Shown here: in pieces, positions 1-8,574 of the stretch
Position numbering within the stretch: position 1 is the first letter of the stretch
Layout: each line of letters opens with the position of its first letter
Virus record (IMG/VR): IMGVR_UViG_3300048855_000047
Span: 1-46,664 of that record
Reading direction: 5' to 3' (one strand)
From: a virus
Lineage: Duplodnaviria > Caudoviricetes
DNA: 46,664 nucleotides
The notes under the pieces: generated by a model
Told to the model about the DNA's origin: nothing
The model's database searches: none
The model's input: only the letters and a program-made list of their open reading frames with translations
Translations under genes and position numbers: made by a program

Positions 1-127
1 GGGGCGACCATCGACGCGAACGCCTCCAAGCCGTTCAAGTCGTACGTGGCGTCCGCGCTCGGGGTGCCCGTGACGCAACTCACCGGTGACCCGGGCACGA
101 CCGGCGCCCGCGCGGTCGCCGAGACCC
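1..127 (+). repeat. 127-nt direct terminal overlap (copy 1), probably an assembly circularisation overlap
   Basis: 1-127 is identical to 46538-46664. Confidence 0.95.
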
Positions 128-582
128 TGGACGGCCCGCAGCAACTGGACATGGGGCTGCGCCGCGCCGTGTGGACGGACGTGTTCCAGCGGATCGCGGC
201 GCACGTCATCCGGTCCGCCGTGCGGGCCCCGCGTGGTGCGCTCATCGGGTACATCGAGGTGGACGACTGGACCGGGCAGGAGACGGCGGTCCTCGCCGAC
301 GACGCCCCGCAGTCCCTGGACGTGTCGTGGCCGCCGTTCGGTGACGAGTCCACCCTGGACAAGGTGCGGGCCCTCGTGGAGGCGGCCAGCATCACCGACG
401 CCCTGCCGCTGGAGTGGCTGCTGCGGCAGTTGCTGGAGGTCCTCGGCGCCGAGGACGTGGACGAACTCCTGGACGCGATGCGCGACGAGGACGGCACGAT
501 CCGCGACCCCCGGACGACCGCCGGTGAGCAGGCCGTGCAGGCTTTCCGCCGAGGTGATGACCCGGCGGAGACCCTGCGGTGA
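1..582 (+). CDS. portal protein, C-terminal part (continues from 45473 across the circular junction)
   Basis: Frame 1 is open from base 1 to TGA 580-582 and in frame with the ORF starting at 45473 (548 aa total); precedes MuF-like gene. Confidence 0.85.
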   Translation, partial: GATIDANASKPFKSYVASALGVPVTQLTGDPGTTGARAVAETLDGPQQLDMGLRRAVWTDVFQRIAAHVIRSAVRAPRGALIGYIEVDDWTGQETAVLADDAPQSLDVSWPPFGDESTLDKVRALVEAASITDALPLEWLLRQLLEVLGAEDVDELLDAMRDEDGTIRDPRTTAGEQAVQAFRRGDDPAETLR

Positions 583-1679
583 CCGCCTCGGAGGAGACGC
601 TCGCGCACCTGGAGGCCATGCAGGTGGTGGCGCACGGCGCGGTGGACGACGTGACGCGCGCGACCGTCGGCCGGTGGGCTGCCGCGTGGGACGAACTGCG
701 CGACGAGTGGACGAAGGCGGCCGTGCAGATCGTGGCCATGGCCGAGCAGGACGCGGCGGCCACGAGCACGGCTCCGCGCTGGCCGTCGCGGGCCATCATC
801 CTGCGGGCCGAGCGGGCACGGCAGGCCATCACCCTGACCCGCAACGCACTGGAGGAGCTCGCAGCCACCGTCGGGGCGGAGGTGTCCACGCGGCTCCCGC
901 AGGTCGTGGACTCGGCGGTGACCGGGGAGGCCCGGATGATCGCCTCGCAGATGCCCCCGCAGGCGGGCACGCAGGCGTCGCTGGCGGCGTCGTTCGGGCA
1001 GGTGTCGGCGACGCAGGTCCGGGCCATCGTGCAGCGCGGCGTGGACATGACCCTGCGCCCCCTGGCGGGCCTGGGGTCGGCGGTCACGGACACCGTGACG
1101 CGCGAACTCGCGCGGGGCGTGGCCATGGGCACGAACCCCCGGGTAGTCGCCGCGAGGATGACCACCCGGCTGGAGGGTCGGTTCAACGGCGGCGCGGGCC
1201 GGGCGCTGACCATCGCCCGCACGGAGATGCTCGACGCGACGCGCGCGGCGGGCGCCATGGTGGACCAGCGCAACAGCGCGGTGCTGGGCGGGTGGCAGTG
1301 GGTGGCGGCGCTCGACCCGCGCACGTGCCCGTCGTGCTGGGCGCAGCACGGGACGGTGCACCCGCTGGACGAGCCGGGGCCCGACGACCACGCGAACGGG
1401 CGGTGCGCCCGGGTGCCGGTCACCCGGTCGTGGGCGGACCTCGGGTACCCGGGGATCGCGGAGCCCGCGTCGGCCGTCCCGGACGCGCAGGCCACGTTCC
1501 TGGACCTGACCGCCAAGGAGCAACTCCAGGTGATGGGCCCCGGCCGGCTTGCGCTGTTGCGTCGCGGGGACGTGGCGTGGACGGACCTGTCGCAGGAGCG
1601 TCCCGCCCCGGCGGACTGGCGCCGGTCGTACCAGATGACCCCGCTGCGCGACCTCCAGGGGCTCGCCGCCGCCGCCTAG
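579..1679 (+). CDS. MuF/SPP1 gp7-like minor head protein
   Basis: RALTIARTE, W..ALDPRTCPSCWAQHG and HANGRC motifs; GTGA overlap with portal stop. Confidence 0.85.
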   Translation: MTASEETLAHLEAMQVVAHGAVDDVTRATVGRWAAAWDELRDEWTKAAVQIVAMAEQDAAATSTAPRWPSRAIILRAERARQAITLTRNALEELAATVGAEVSTRLPQVVDSAVTGEARMIASQMPPQAGTQASLAASFGQVSATQVRAIVQRGVDMTLRPLAGLGSAVTDTVTRELARGVAMGTNPRVVAARMTTRLEGRFNGGAGRALTIARTEMLDATRAAGAMVDQRNSAVLGGWQWVAALDPRTCPSCWAQHGTVHPLDEPGPDDHANGRCARVPVTRSWADLGYPGIAEPASAVPDAQATFLDLTAKEQLQVMGPGRLALLRRGDVAWTDLSQERPAPADWRRSYQMTPLRDLQGLAAAA

Positions 1680-1706
1680 TGCTAACCCCAGCACTAGTGC
1701 TACGGT
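1677..1706 (+). promoter_or_regulatory. palindrome-containing promoter P1
   Basis: TAGTGC-18 nt-TACGGT with AGCACTAGTGCT at 1690-1701. Confidence 0.7.
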
Positions 1707-1803
1707 AGGCACGTCGCGTCCGCGAGGGCCCCCCGGTTGGTCGCAGACCTGCCGCCTCGCGGCGCGACCCCCTCGCGTGTCGTCGCGCACAGGTGCCTGC
1801 CCG

Positions 1804-1822
1804 TGGCACGATGTGCCCCATG
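1804..1822 (+). promoter_or_regulatory. class-2 motif TGGCACGAT-N7-ATG (putative leaderless late promoter)
   Basis: Same spacing recurs at 6507-6525 and 45457-45475. Confidence 0.5.
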
Positions 1823-3151
1823 ACGACGCGGCTCCAGATCACCGAGTCCCGGCCCTCCCTCGCGGAGGCCCTGGCGCCCGGCAGCGCGGCCGTGTCGTCC
1901 GGCGAGTTCGACGTGCTGCTCATCACCCCCGGCTGGGGGTCGTCCGGCTACTACTCGGCCGAGACCATCGCCGCCGCCGTGGAGGCAGGCGTGTTCGCCC
2001 CCGGCACCCACATGTACCTGGACCACCCCGCCGCCGGTGACCGCCCCGAGCGCAGCGTCCGCGACCTCGCGGGCACCCTCGTGGAGGCCGGACGCCTGGA
2101 CGAGGCGACCGGCGGCGTCCGCGCCCGCATCCGCCCGTACAGCGTCTATGCCCCGTTCCTCACCGAGGCGGCCGGGGACATCGGCCTGTCCATCCGGGGG
2201 TCCGGCGAGTACGTCATGGGCGAAGCCGAGGGTCGACGCGGGCGCATCTTCACCAGCCTGACGGACATCGCGTCCGTGGACTACGTGACCCGCGCCGGGC
2301 GCGGCGGTCGCATCCTGTCCGTCCTGGAGTCCTACCGGCCCGCATTCGCAGCCGCCACGGAGGCCCGCGTCAGCGACCGCCGCGATGCGCTCATCGGCCT
2401 GGTGCGCGAGGCCCACGGCGGCGACGACGTGTGCCTGTGGGTGCGCGACTTCGATGACACCGCCCGGCTCGTGTGGTACGAGCGGGAGGCGCCGGACGAG
2501 TTCGGCATCTACCAGCAGGGCTACACTGTCGCCGACGACGACACCGTGACCAGCCTGGACGGCGAGCCCGTAGAGGTCCACGTCCGCACCGAGTACGTCC
2601 CCATCGACTCGGGCACCGCGCCCGTGACGGACACCACCACCGAGGCCCAGGAGGGTTCCCACATGCCGAACATCGAGGAGGGTCGGCTCGCCGAGCTGAC
2701 CGCCGCCGAGGAGGCCGCACGCCGCGTGCCGACTCTGGAGGCCGAGCTCGCCGAGGCGCGGCGAGCGGTGGCGCTCGCCACCGCCACCGAGGCGGCCCGA
2801 CCCGTCGTGGCCTCCGCGCTGGAGGGTGCCGAACTCCCCGAGCGCATCCTGACCGCGCTGCGCGAGTCCGCGCTGCGTGCCGTCCCCCTGACCGACGCCA
2901 ACACGCTGGACGAGCAGGCGCTCACCGAGAGCGTCCGCACGGCCCGCACCGAGGCCGAGGAGAACGCCGCCGCCGTGCGGGAGGCGCTCGGGTTCGGGCG
3001 TCCGCGCGGGTTCGGCTCCCCGGTCCAGGGCGCCCCGACCCTCGGGGGCACCGGTGAGACCACCGAGTCCACCGCCGCGCTCACCGAGTCCATCGACCGC
3101 CGGTCCCGCCACATCTTCGGCGGTCGGCCCAACGCGCGTACGGAGGCGTGA
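1820..3151 (+). CDS. capsid maturation protease / scaffold fusion
   Basis: ITPGWGSSGYY, MYLDHP, GLSIRG and SVDYVTRAGRGG motifs; Ala/Glu-rich helical C-terminus; upstream of capsid genes. Confidence 0.8.
   Translation: MTTRLQITESRPSLAEALAPGSAAVSSGEFDVLLITPGWGSSGYYSAETIAAAVEAGVFAPGTHMYLDHPAAGDRPERSVRDLAGTLVEAGRLDEATGGVRARIRPYSVYAPFLTEAAGDIGLSIRGSGEYVMGEAEGRRGRIFTSLTDIASVDYVTRAGRGGRILSVLESYRPAFAAATEARVSDRRDALIGLVREAHGGDDVCLWVRDFDDTARLVWYEREAPDEFGIYQQGYTVADDDTVTSLDGEPVEVHVRTEYVPIDSGTAPVTDTTTEAQEGSHMPNIEEGRLAELTAAEEAARRVPTLEAELAEARRAVALATATEAARPVVASALEGAELPERILTALRESALRAVPLTDANTLDEQALTESVRTARTEAEENAAAVREALGFGRPRGFGSPVQGAPTLGGTGETTESTAALTESIDRRSRHIFGGRPNARTEA
2663..3151 (+). CDS. putative nested in-frame scaffolding protein (162 aa)
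   Basis: AGGAGG Shine-Dalgarno before an in-frame ATG (MPNIEEG...) at the start of the helical region. Confidence 0.55.
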   Translation: MPNIEEGRLAELTAAEEAARRVPTLEAELAEARRAVALATATEAARPVVASALEGAELPERILTALRESALRAVPLTDANTLDEQALTESVRTARTEAEENAAAVREALGFGRPRGFGSPVQGAPTLGGTGETTESTAALTESIDRRSRHIFGGRPNARTEA

Positions 3152-3154
3152 CGC

Positions 3155-3496
3155 ATGGCCACGAACGAGATTTACCGGGACGCCGACCACCTCGCGCTCC
3201 CCGTCCCCACCGGGACCAAGGCGAACGACCCGGTGCTCATCGGCGGCCTGAAGGGCGTGGCCGAGACCGACCGCGACGACCAGGGCGAGGCCACCGTGTG
3301 GCTGAAGGGCGGCCACAAGTTCACCGTGGACGGCGCCGTCACCGCCAAGGGCCAGCCGGTCTACTTCCAGGGCGACGGCACCACCCGGAGCGCCACCCTG
3401 TCCACGACCGCCACCGGCAACACCCTGTTCGGCCACGCGCTGGAGACCAAGAGCGCCGCCGCCGCCGCCATCACCGTCCGCATCGCGCGGGCCTGA
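3155..3496 (+). CDS. DUF2190-like capsid cement/decoration protein
   Basis: 113 aa; MATN start, GVAETD and FGHALE pattern; between scaffold and capsid. Confidence 0.75.
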   Translation: MATNEIYRDADHLALPVPTGTKANDPVLIGGLKGVAETDRDDQGEATVWLKGGHKFTVDGAVTAKGQPVYFQGDGTTRSATLSTTATGNTLFGHALETKSAAAAAITVRIARA

Positions 3497-3517
3497 CCGA
3501 GGGGACACCCCAGCACC

Positions 3518-4684
3518 ATGCCGAACATCGACACCTCCACCTCCATCCTGACGGGGGCGGCTGCTGAGGCGGAGACCGGGCACTTCGCCGGTGCCGGCTT
3601 CGGTCGCATCGACCCCATGACCGAGGACCCGCGACTGCTCGCCCGCATGGACGAGGCGGCCGAGGTGCTGGAGGGGGCCCTCACCGGCCGCCGCCGCCCG
3701 GGGGTCCGTTCCCTCCAGGAGGCCCTCGTCATCGGGGACTTCCCGCTGTTCCTGAACGCGGTCCTGGACCGCGAGATGCTCCAGCGCTACGAGGACATCA
3801 CCCCGGTCTGGCAGCAGTACGCCCGGCGGGTCATCGTCCGCGACTTCCGCCCCAAGACGTGGGTGGACCTCATGGGCGGCAAGGCGTTCCTGGACCGCGT
3901 GAAGCCCGGGACCGAGTACCCGGCCCGGTCGGCCGCCGAGGCCAAGTACGAACTCATCGTCGCCAAGTACGGCGCGCGGTACTCCCTGCTGTGGGAGGAC
4001 TTCGTGAACGACGACCTGGACATGCTCCGCGAACTCCCCGACAACCTCGCGGTGGCGGCCCGGGACACCGAGTCGCTCGTGGCCGTCTCGCAGTTGGTCA
4101 CCACGACCGGCGTCAACACGAACTTCTTCAAGACCGCGAACGGGAACGCCCCGGTGAACCTGGACCTCACCCGGGAGAACCTGGAGAACGCCATCATCGC
4201 GGTGACCACCCGCAAGGATGGGGAGAAGCGCCCCATCCAGGTCCTCGGCGGGAACCGGAGGCTCCGGCTCGTGGTTCCCCCCGAGCTCGCGCTCCAGGCG
4301 GAGAAGCTCGTCAACTCCACCGAGGTGCGGACCACGGTCGGTTCGGAGCAGATCATCCAGGCGGGCAACTCCCTGGCCAACCTCGTCACCATCGTGGTGG
4401 AGCCGTGGCTGTCCGTCATCGCCACGGACGCCAAGGCGGGCAAGCGCTGGTTCCTGCTGCCCGACCCGGCGTCGGTGCGCCCGGCCGTCGCGGTCGGCTT
4501 CCTGCGCGGCCACGAGGCGCCGGACCTGCGCGTGAAGGCGGACGCGGGGAACCGCATCAACGGCGGCGCCATCGACCCCACGGAGGGGTCGTTCGACATC
4601 GACGCGGTGGAGTACCGCGTCCGTCAGGTCATCGGTGGGGCGACCATGGACCCCATCGGGACGTACGCCTCCAACGGCGCCTGA
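3518..4684 (+). CDS. major capsid protein (Mu gpT-like)
   Basis: DFP, RDFRP, KYG, FVNDDL, LVVPPEL and GFLRGHEAP motifs; followed by a hairpin terminator. Confidence 0.85.
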   Translation: MPNIDTSTSILTGAAAEAETGHFAGAGFGRIDPMTEDPRLLARMDEAAEVLEGALTGRRRPGVRSLQEALVIGDFPLFLNAVLDREMLQRYEDITPVWQQYARRVIVRDFRPKTWVDLMGGKAFLDRVKPGTEYPARSAAEAKYELIVAKYGARYSLLWEDFVNDDLDMLRELPDNLAVAARDTESLVAVSQLVTTTGVNTNFFKTANGNAPVNLDLTRENLENAIIAVTTRKDGEKRPIQVLGGNRRLRLVVPPELALQAEKLVNSTEVRTTVGSEQIIQAGNSLANLVTIVVEPWLSVIATDAKAGKRWFLLPDPASVRPAVAVGFLRGHEAPDLRVKADAGNRINGGAIDPTEGSFDIDAVEYRVRQVIGGATMDPIGTYASNGA

Positions 4685-4711
4685 CCGGCGACCAGCAGAG
4701 CGCACACACCC

Positions 4712-4754
4712 CGGGCGCCCCGGTGGAGGTACCCACCCTCCGCCGGGGCGCTCG
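4712..4754 (+). terminator. stem-loop after major capsid gene
   Basis: cgggcgccccggtggagg / cctccgccggggcgctcg. Confidence 0.65.
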
Positions 4755-4787
4755 TCCATGTAGGCCCCACCCGAGAGGACAGGCCAG

Positions 4788-5186
4788 GTGGCCATCGACT
4801 ACACCACTCCCGTGGGGGTCCTGCGTCTGCGCATCGCGGACACCGACGAGGACGCGCCGACGCTCACCGACCCGCAGGTGAAGGCGCTCCTGGCCCTGCG
4901 TGGGGTGACCGGTTCGGCCGCCGACGGCGAGTTCCAGGAGGAGCAGCGCGGGCCGCTGCTGCACGCCGCCGCTGACGCCCTGCTGACCATCGCGGCGTCC
5001 GAGACCCTCATCGGGAAGTACATCCGGCAGGCCGACGGCACGACGACGGACGGCACCAAGGTGGGTGCCGAACTCCGCGCCCAGGCCACCCTCATGCGCG
5101 CGGAGGCCGACCTCGCGGACGCGGAGGCCGGGGACGACCCCGACATGCCGGACGTGGTGGAGTTCCGACCGGGGGGGTACCGGTGA
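4788..5186 (+). CDS. head-to-tail adaptor
   Basis: IDYTTPVGVLRLRIADTD and AAADALLTIA patterns; first gene after capsid. Confidence 0.7.
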   Translation: MAIDYTTPVGVLRLRIADTDEDAPTLTDPQVKALLALRGVTGSAADGEFQEEQRGPLLHAAADALLTIAASETLIGKYIRQADGTTTDGTKVGAELRAQATLMRAEADLADAEAGDDPDMPDVVEFRPGGYR

Positions 5187-5638
5187 GCCCCCTGGCGGGC
5201 GCCAGCCCGGTGCACCCCCGGTGGGCTGCGCACCACCGCCCCACCGTGGTGCGCACCTGGCAGGCCACGGGCACCATCACCGGCGCCGGGACCGGATCGG
5301 GCTGGACCGTGGCCGACGGACCCACCTCGGGCGAGGCCGGGCCGGTCCTGTACACCGGGCCGATGAACGCCACGTACGAGTCCACGGTCCCCACGGACGT
5401 GGAGGCCGTCGGGCAGGTGACCTCGGAGTCGGTCGTCACCGTGGCCATCCCGTCCACCGCCCCGGACATCCCCACCGACGGCGCCTACGTGACCGTCACG
5501 GCCGTCTCCGGCAACGCCGACCCCACGCTCGTGGGCCGCAGCCTCCTGGTGCGCAAGTCGGCGCACCAGGCGGGGTCCCTGGAGCGCATCCTGACGTGCA
5601 CCGACGACCAGGGCACACCGCCCACCGGGGAGGGGTGA
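5183..5638 (+). CDS. head-to-tail stopper-like protein
   Basis: Synteny, beta-rich 151 aa, coupled start/stop. Confidence 0.55.
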   Translation: MSPLAGASPVHPRWAAHHRPTVVRTWQATGTITGAGTGSGWTVADGPTSGEAGPVLYTGPMNATYESTVPTDVEAVGQVTSESVVTVAIPSTAPDIPTDGAYVTVTAVSGNADPTLVGRSLLVRKSAHQAGSLERILTCTDDQGTPPTGEG

Positions 5639-6048
5639 TGGCGAACAACCTGGGCCGGTTCAACCAGCGCCGCTCCGCGTCCTCGTCCGCGTGGGCAGGC
5701 GGCTTCGTGGACCCCACCGAGTTGTACGCCTTCGCGGCGGACCTGGAGGCAGCGGCCGAGGGTGTCGTGGAGGACGCCCAGGAGGTCGTCGCCAAGGCGC
5801 TGTACGACATCGAGGCGCGCGGCAAGGCCGGGGCGGCCGTGGACACCGGGTTCCTGCGCTCCAGCATCCGCGTGCAGTTCGACGCGGACCGCCTCGGCGG
5901 CCGGGTCGGGCCGTCCGCGTCGTACGCCTGGTTCGTGGAGCGCGGCACGTCCGTGATGCCGCCGCGCCCGTTCATGGAGCCCGCAGCCGCCGCCGTCGAG
6001 CCGGGGTTCCTGGCCGCCATCGAGCAGATGGGGGGTCGGGGTCTGTGA
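5638..6048 (+). CDS. HK97 gp10-like tail completion protein
   Basis: VDTGFLRSSI and YAWFVERGTSVMPPRPFMEPA; TGATG overlap. Confidence 0.8.
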   Translation: MANNLGRFNQRRSASSSAWAGGFVDPTELYAFAADLEAAAEGVVEDAQEVVAKALYDIEARGKAGAAVDTGFLRSSIRVQFDADRLGGRVGPSASYAWFVERGTSVMPPRPFMEPAAAAVEPGFLAAIEQMGGRGL

Positions 6049-6494
6049 CGACCGCGACGCAACTCACCGCCGCGCTGAAGGCCCTGATCCCGGCGAACGT
6101 CGCCGTGTACGTCGGGGACGTCCCGGGCCGCCTCCCGGACGGTCGGCCCGCGCCGCCCCCGAAGGCGGAGCCCGGCACGAAGCGGGTGTACCCGTACGCG
6201 GTCATCTACCCGGGCGTCGGGGTGTGGCCGCAGGCCGAGGCGTCCACCCTGGACGGCGAGCCCGACGGGGACGCCCTGGACTGGCCCGTCCAGATCACCG
6301 TGGCGTCCGGGGACCCGGACTGGACCCTGGAGGCCACGGACGCTGTGGAGCGGGCTGTGCTGGGCAAGCGGCTCGTGAACGGGGGTGGGCGCCTGTGGCA
6401 CCCTCCCGGTGAGGAGGTCGTCCTCATGGACCGCGACGAGGACCTCACCCCCAACCGGTGGTTCGTGCCACTCCGGTACCGGTACGTGACCTGA
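6045..6494 (+). CDS. tail terminator-like protein
   Basis: VYVGDVP...YPYAVIYPG; position before major tail. Confidence 0.65.
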   Translation: MTTATQLTAALKALIPANVAVYVGDVPGRLPDGRPAPPPKAEPGTKRVYPYAVIYPGVGVWPQAEASTLDGEPDGDALDWPVQITVASGDPDWTLEATDAVERAVLGKRLVNGGGRLWHPPGEEVVLMDRDEDLTPNRWFVPLRYRYVT

Positions 6495-6506
6495 CGAACG
6501 ACGACG

Positions 6507-6525
6507 TGGGAGGATGTGCAGCATG
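6507..6525 (+). promoter_or_regulatory. class-2 motif TGGGAGGAT-N7-ATG
   Basis: Matches 1804-1822 and 45457-45475; also contains GGAGG so could simply be an RBS. Confidence 0.35.
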
Positions 6526-6690
6526 AGCGACGACAGCATGGTGAAGGTCGAGGTGCGCGAGACGGGCGAGGTCACGTACGTGCCCTCGCACTGGATCGAC
6601 CACCCCCGACTGGGGAAGCCGTTCAAGATCGCCGAGGCCAAGCCGGCCAGCGGCACGAACGCGCGGTCCGCCCGCGCCGAGGGGAAGTGA
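6523..6690 (+). CDS. small hypothetical protein (55 aa, MSDDSMVKVEV...)
   Basis: Translated by hand; fills the gap before the major tail gene. Confidence 0.7.
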   Translation: MSDDSMVKVEVRETGEVTYVPSHWIDHPRLGKPFKIAEAKPASGTNARSARAEGK

Positions 6691-6697
6691 CCACAGC

Positions 6698-7228
6698 ATG
6701 CCGCTGACTCTGGCCGATGGCCGCATCAAGCTCACCGCGCTTCCCACGCGGCCGGTGAACCCGCTGGCCATCACCGTGGCCGAACTCACCGCCGTGGGCG
6801 CCGTGCCGCTCGACAAGGCCGTGATGAAGCAGGACTACCGCCTGTCGGCGGTGGCGTCCGACACCGTGGACGAGGCCCCGCTCATCGCGCGCGGCAACGC
6901 GGCGGCGCCCGGGTTCTCCAACTACGAGGGCAACCTCTCCGTGTTCCGCTACCTGGACCGGGAGACGGGCCTGGCCGACGAGGACGAGGACATCGCCTGG
7001 GACCTGTTCAAGCGGAAGGGCACCGAACTCTGGCTCGTGGAGCGCGAGGGCCCCATCGCCGAGGTGGACTGGGCCGTCGCCCAGCCGTACGAGTGCTGGC
7101 ACGTCATCACCGACACGCCGCAGAAGGCGACGGACCGCCAGGCGGGCTACATCAAGCGCACCGTGCCGCTGCTCGTGCAGCGGGTGTGGGGCGTGGACGA
7201 GGACGCGGCGGTCGCGGCCGCCGCCTGA
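6698..7228 (+). CDS. major tail (tube) protein
   Basis: LADGRIKLT, NYEGNLSVFR and KGTELWLVEREG; followed by terminator and chaperone. Confidence 0.8.
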   Translation: MPLTLADGRIKLTALPTRPVNPLAITVAELTAVGAVPLDKAVMKQDYRLSAVASDTVDEAPLIARGNAAAPGFSNYEGNLSVFRYLDRETGLADEDEDIAWDLFKRKGTELWLVEREGPIAEVDWAVAQPYECWHVITDTPQKATDRQAGYIKRTVPLLVQRVWGVDEDAAVAAAA

Positions 7229-7242
7229 CGCCCGCTCGCGCA

Positions 7243-7287
7243 GCGACGGCGCCCCTGGTCTCCCTGGCGGACCAGGGGCGCCGTTGT
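7243..7287 (+). terminator. stem-loop after major tail gene
   Basis: gcgacggcgcccctggtc / gaccaggggcgccgttgt followed by T-rich bases. Confidence 0.75.
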
Positions 7288-7313
7288 GTTAGCCTAAGCA
7301 CTGTCGCTATGGT
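7284..7313 (+). promoter_or_regulatory. palindrome-containing promoter P2
   Basis: TTGTGT-18 nt-TATGGT; imperfect AGCACTGTCGCT. Confidence 0.6.
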
Positions 7314-7343
7314 TGCGACATCGCACCCGCCCTGGAGGTAGCA

Positions 7344-8192
7344 GTGACCGACCGCCCGCAGTCCATCCCCCTGGAGGAGACGGACGCGACCGTGGACGAC
7401 TGGCTCAACGGAGCGTCGTTCAAGGAGACCCGCGTCACGATCCACACCAACCCCGCCCTGTGGGCCGAGTTGGAGCCGCTGTACCAGCAGATCGACGCGG
7501 CCCGGTCCGCCCTGCTGGAGGCCGAGGGGAAGTGGCTGACCCTCCAGCGACCCCAGCAGAACGCCCCGGACGAGGTGCTCGGCGCCGCGTCCGAGCAGAC
7601 CCCCCGCGCCAAGGCCGCCGCCGAGGCGGAGGTCCCGCTCGGCGTGGCCACCCCCGAGCCGTCGCTCATCGCCGAGGCCCGTCAGGCCCTGCGCGACCTG
7701 GAGGCCGAGGCGCAGGCCCTGTGGGACCGGTACGACTCGCAGTCCGAGGTGTGGCACATCCGGGCCCTGGAAAAGGGGGAGATTGAGGAGTCCCTGGAGT
7801 CCGTGCTCCCCTCCCCGGCCGCCCCGAAGAAGAAGAACGTCAAGCCCGAGCGGTACAAGGTGCTGCACGACGCCTACCAGCGCGAGCAGATCAAGCGCGA
7901 CCTGCTGGTGCAGCCCCTCGCGTGGCTCCAGTCGCGCGGCATCGTCCTCAGCCCGGAGGAGCAGGCGCAGCGCTCCGACGTGCTCGCGCGGCACAACGCC
8001 AACCTGCTGAGCATCTCCACGCTGCGCGTCGTCGTGAACGGCGTGGAGCGCCCCGCCCCGAAGCCGGAGTCCATCCTGCGCATGCGGAACCGGCCGCACG
8101 GCAGCGAGCACTTCAACCTCCTGGCCGGGCGCATGTGGGCCGTCTTCACGCAGGACGTGGAACTCCCGGCCCCAAAATCGCAGCGGCCCTAG
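7344..8192 (+). CDS. tail assembly chaperone (G-like)
   Basis: Between major tail and tape measure; slippery heptamer near 3' end. Confidence 0.75.
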   Translation: MTDRPQSIPLEETDATVDDWLNGASFKETRVTIHTNPALWAELEPLYQQIDAARSALLEAEGKWLTLQRPQQNAPDEVLGAASEQTPRAKAAAEAEVPLGVATPEPSLIAEARQALRDLEAEAQALWDRYDSQSEVWHIRALEKGEIEESLESVLPSPAAPKKKNVKPERYKVLHDAYQREQIKRDLLVQPLAWLQSRGIVLSPEEQAQRSDVLARHNANLLSISTLRVVVNGVERPAPKPESILRMRNRPHGSEHFNLLAGRMWAVFTQDVELPAPKSQRP

Positions 8193-8536
8193 TTGACCAC
8201 CCCGGCCTGGTGCTGGCGCTTCAGGCGTCCGCCAGGTGGGGCGTGGCGCCCGTGGAGTACCTGGACTCGTGGTCGGTGCGCAACCGCGCCCTCGCCGAGG
8301 GTCTGATCCTCTACGAGCGGGGGCTAGGGCCCCACGGCATCCCGATGTCCGTGGCCACCGACGGCGAACTCGGCAGCGCCTTCGAGACCGAGACCGCCAC
8401 CGACCACGTGCGGGCCGCGTATGAGGAGTGGCACAAGACCCACCCGGAGAAGACCCGGCGGCCGGGCCAGTTCCCCAGGCTGGTGGACAACACGGCTGTG
8501 CTGCGCGAACGACTGCGCCGCGATCAGGCACACTAG
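8171..8536 (+). CDS. -1 frameshift extension of tail assembly chaperone (GT-like)
   Basis: C CCA AAA at 8171-8177; -1 frame open (...KIAAALVDHPG...) to TAG 8534-8536. Confidence 0.75.
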   Translation, partial: PKIAAALVDHPGLVLALQASARWGVAPVEYLDSWSVRNRALAEGLILYERGLGPHGIPMSVATDGELGSAFETETATDHVRAAYEEWHKTHPEKTRRPGQFPRLVDNTAVLRERLRRDQAH

Positions 8537-8574
8537 GGGCGTGACTCCCGACCACGACCCGGAGGTGTGAGCGC

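Noticed and set aside
1-127. Terminal repeat as a biological DTR or att site
   Set aside because: Falls mid-portal, and 127 nt equals a common assembler k-mer size
86-1708. Long alternative-frame + strand ORFs and upstream extensions of real genes (e.g. 86-1708, 17476-19101, 10611 start, 41993 start)
   Set aside because: Arg/Pro/Gly-rich off-frame translations; true starts were placed at coupled ATGA/GTGA overlaps or SD sites
1700-4795. 1031-aa minus-strand ORF (also 8533-11322, 13501-15975, 16550-20191, 21946-23979)
   Set aside because: Antisense shadows of clear + strand phage genes in very GC-rich DNA; repetitive G/V/R/H composition and no motifs
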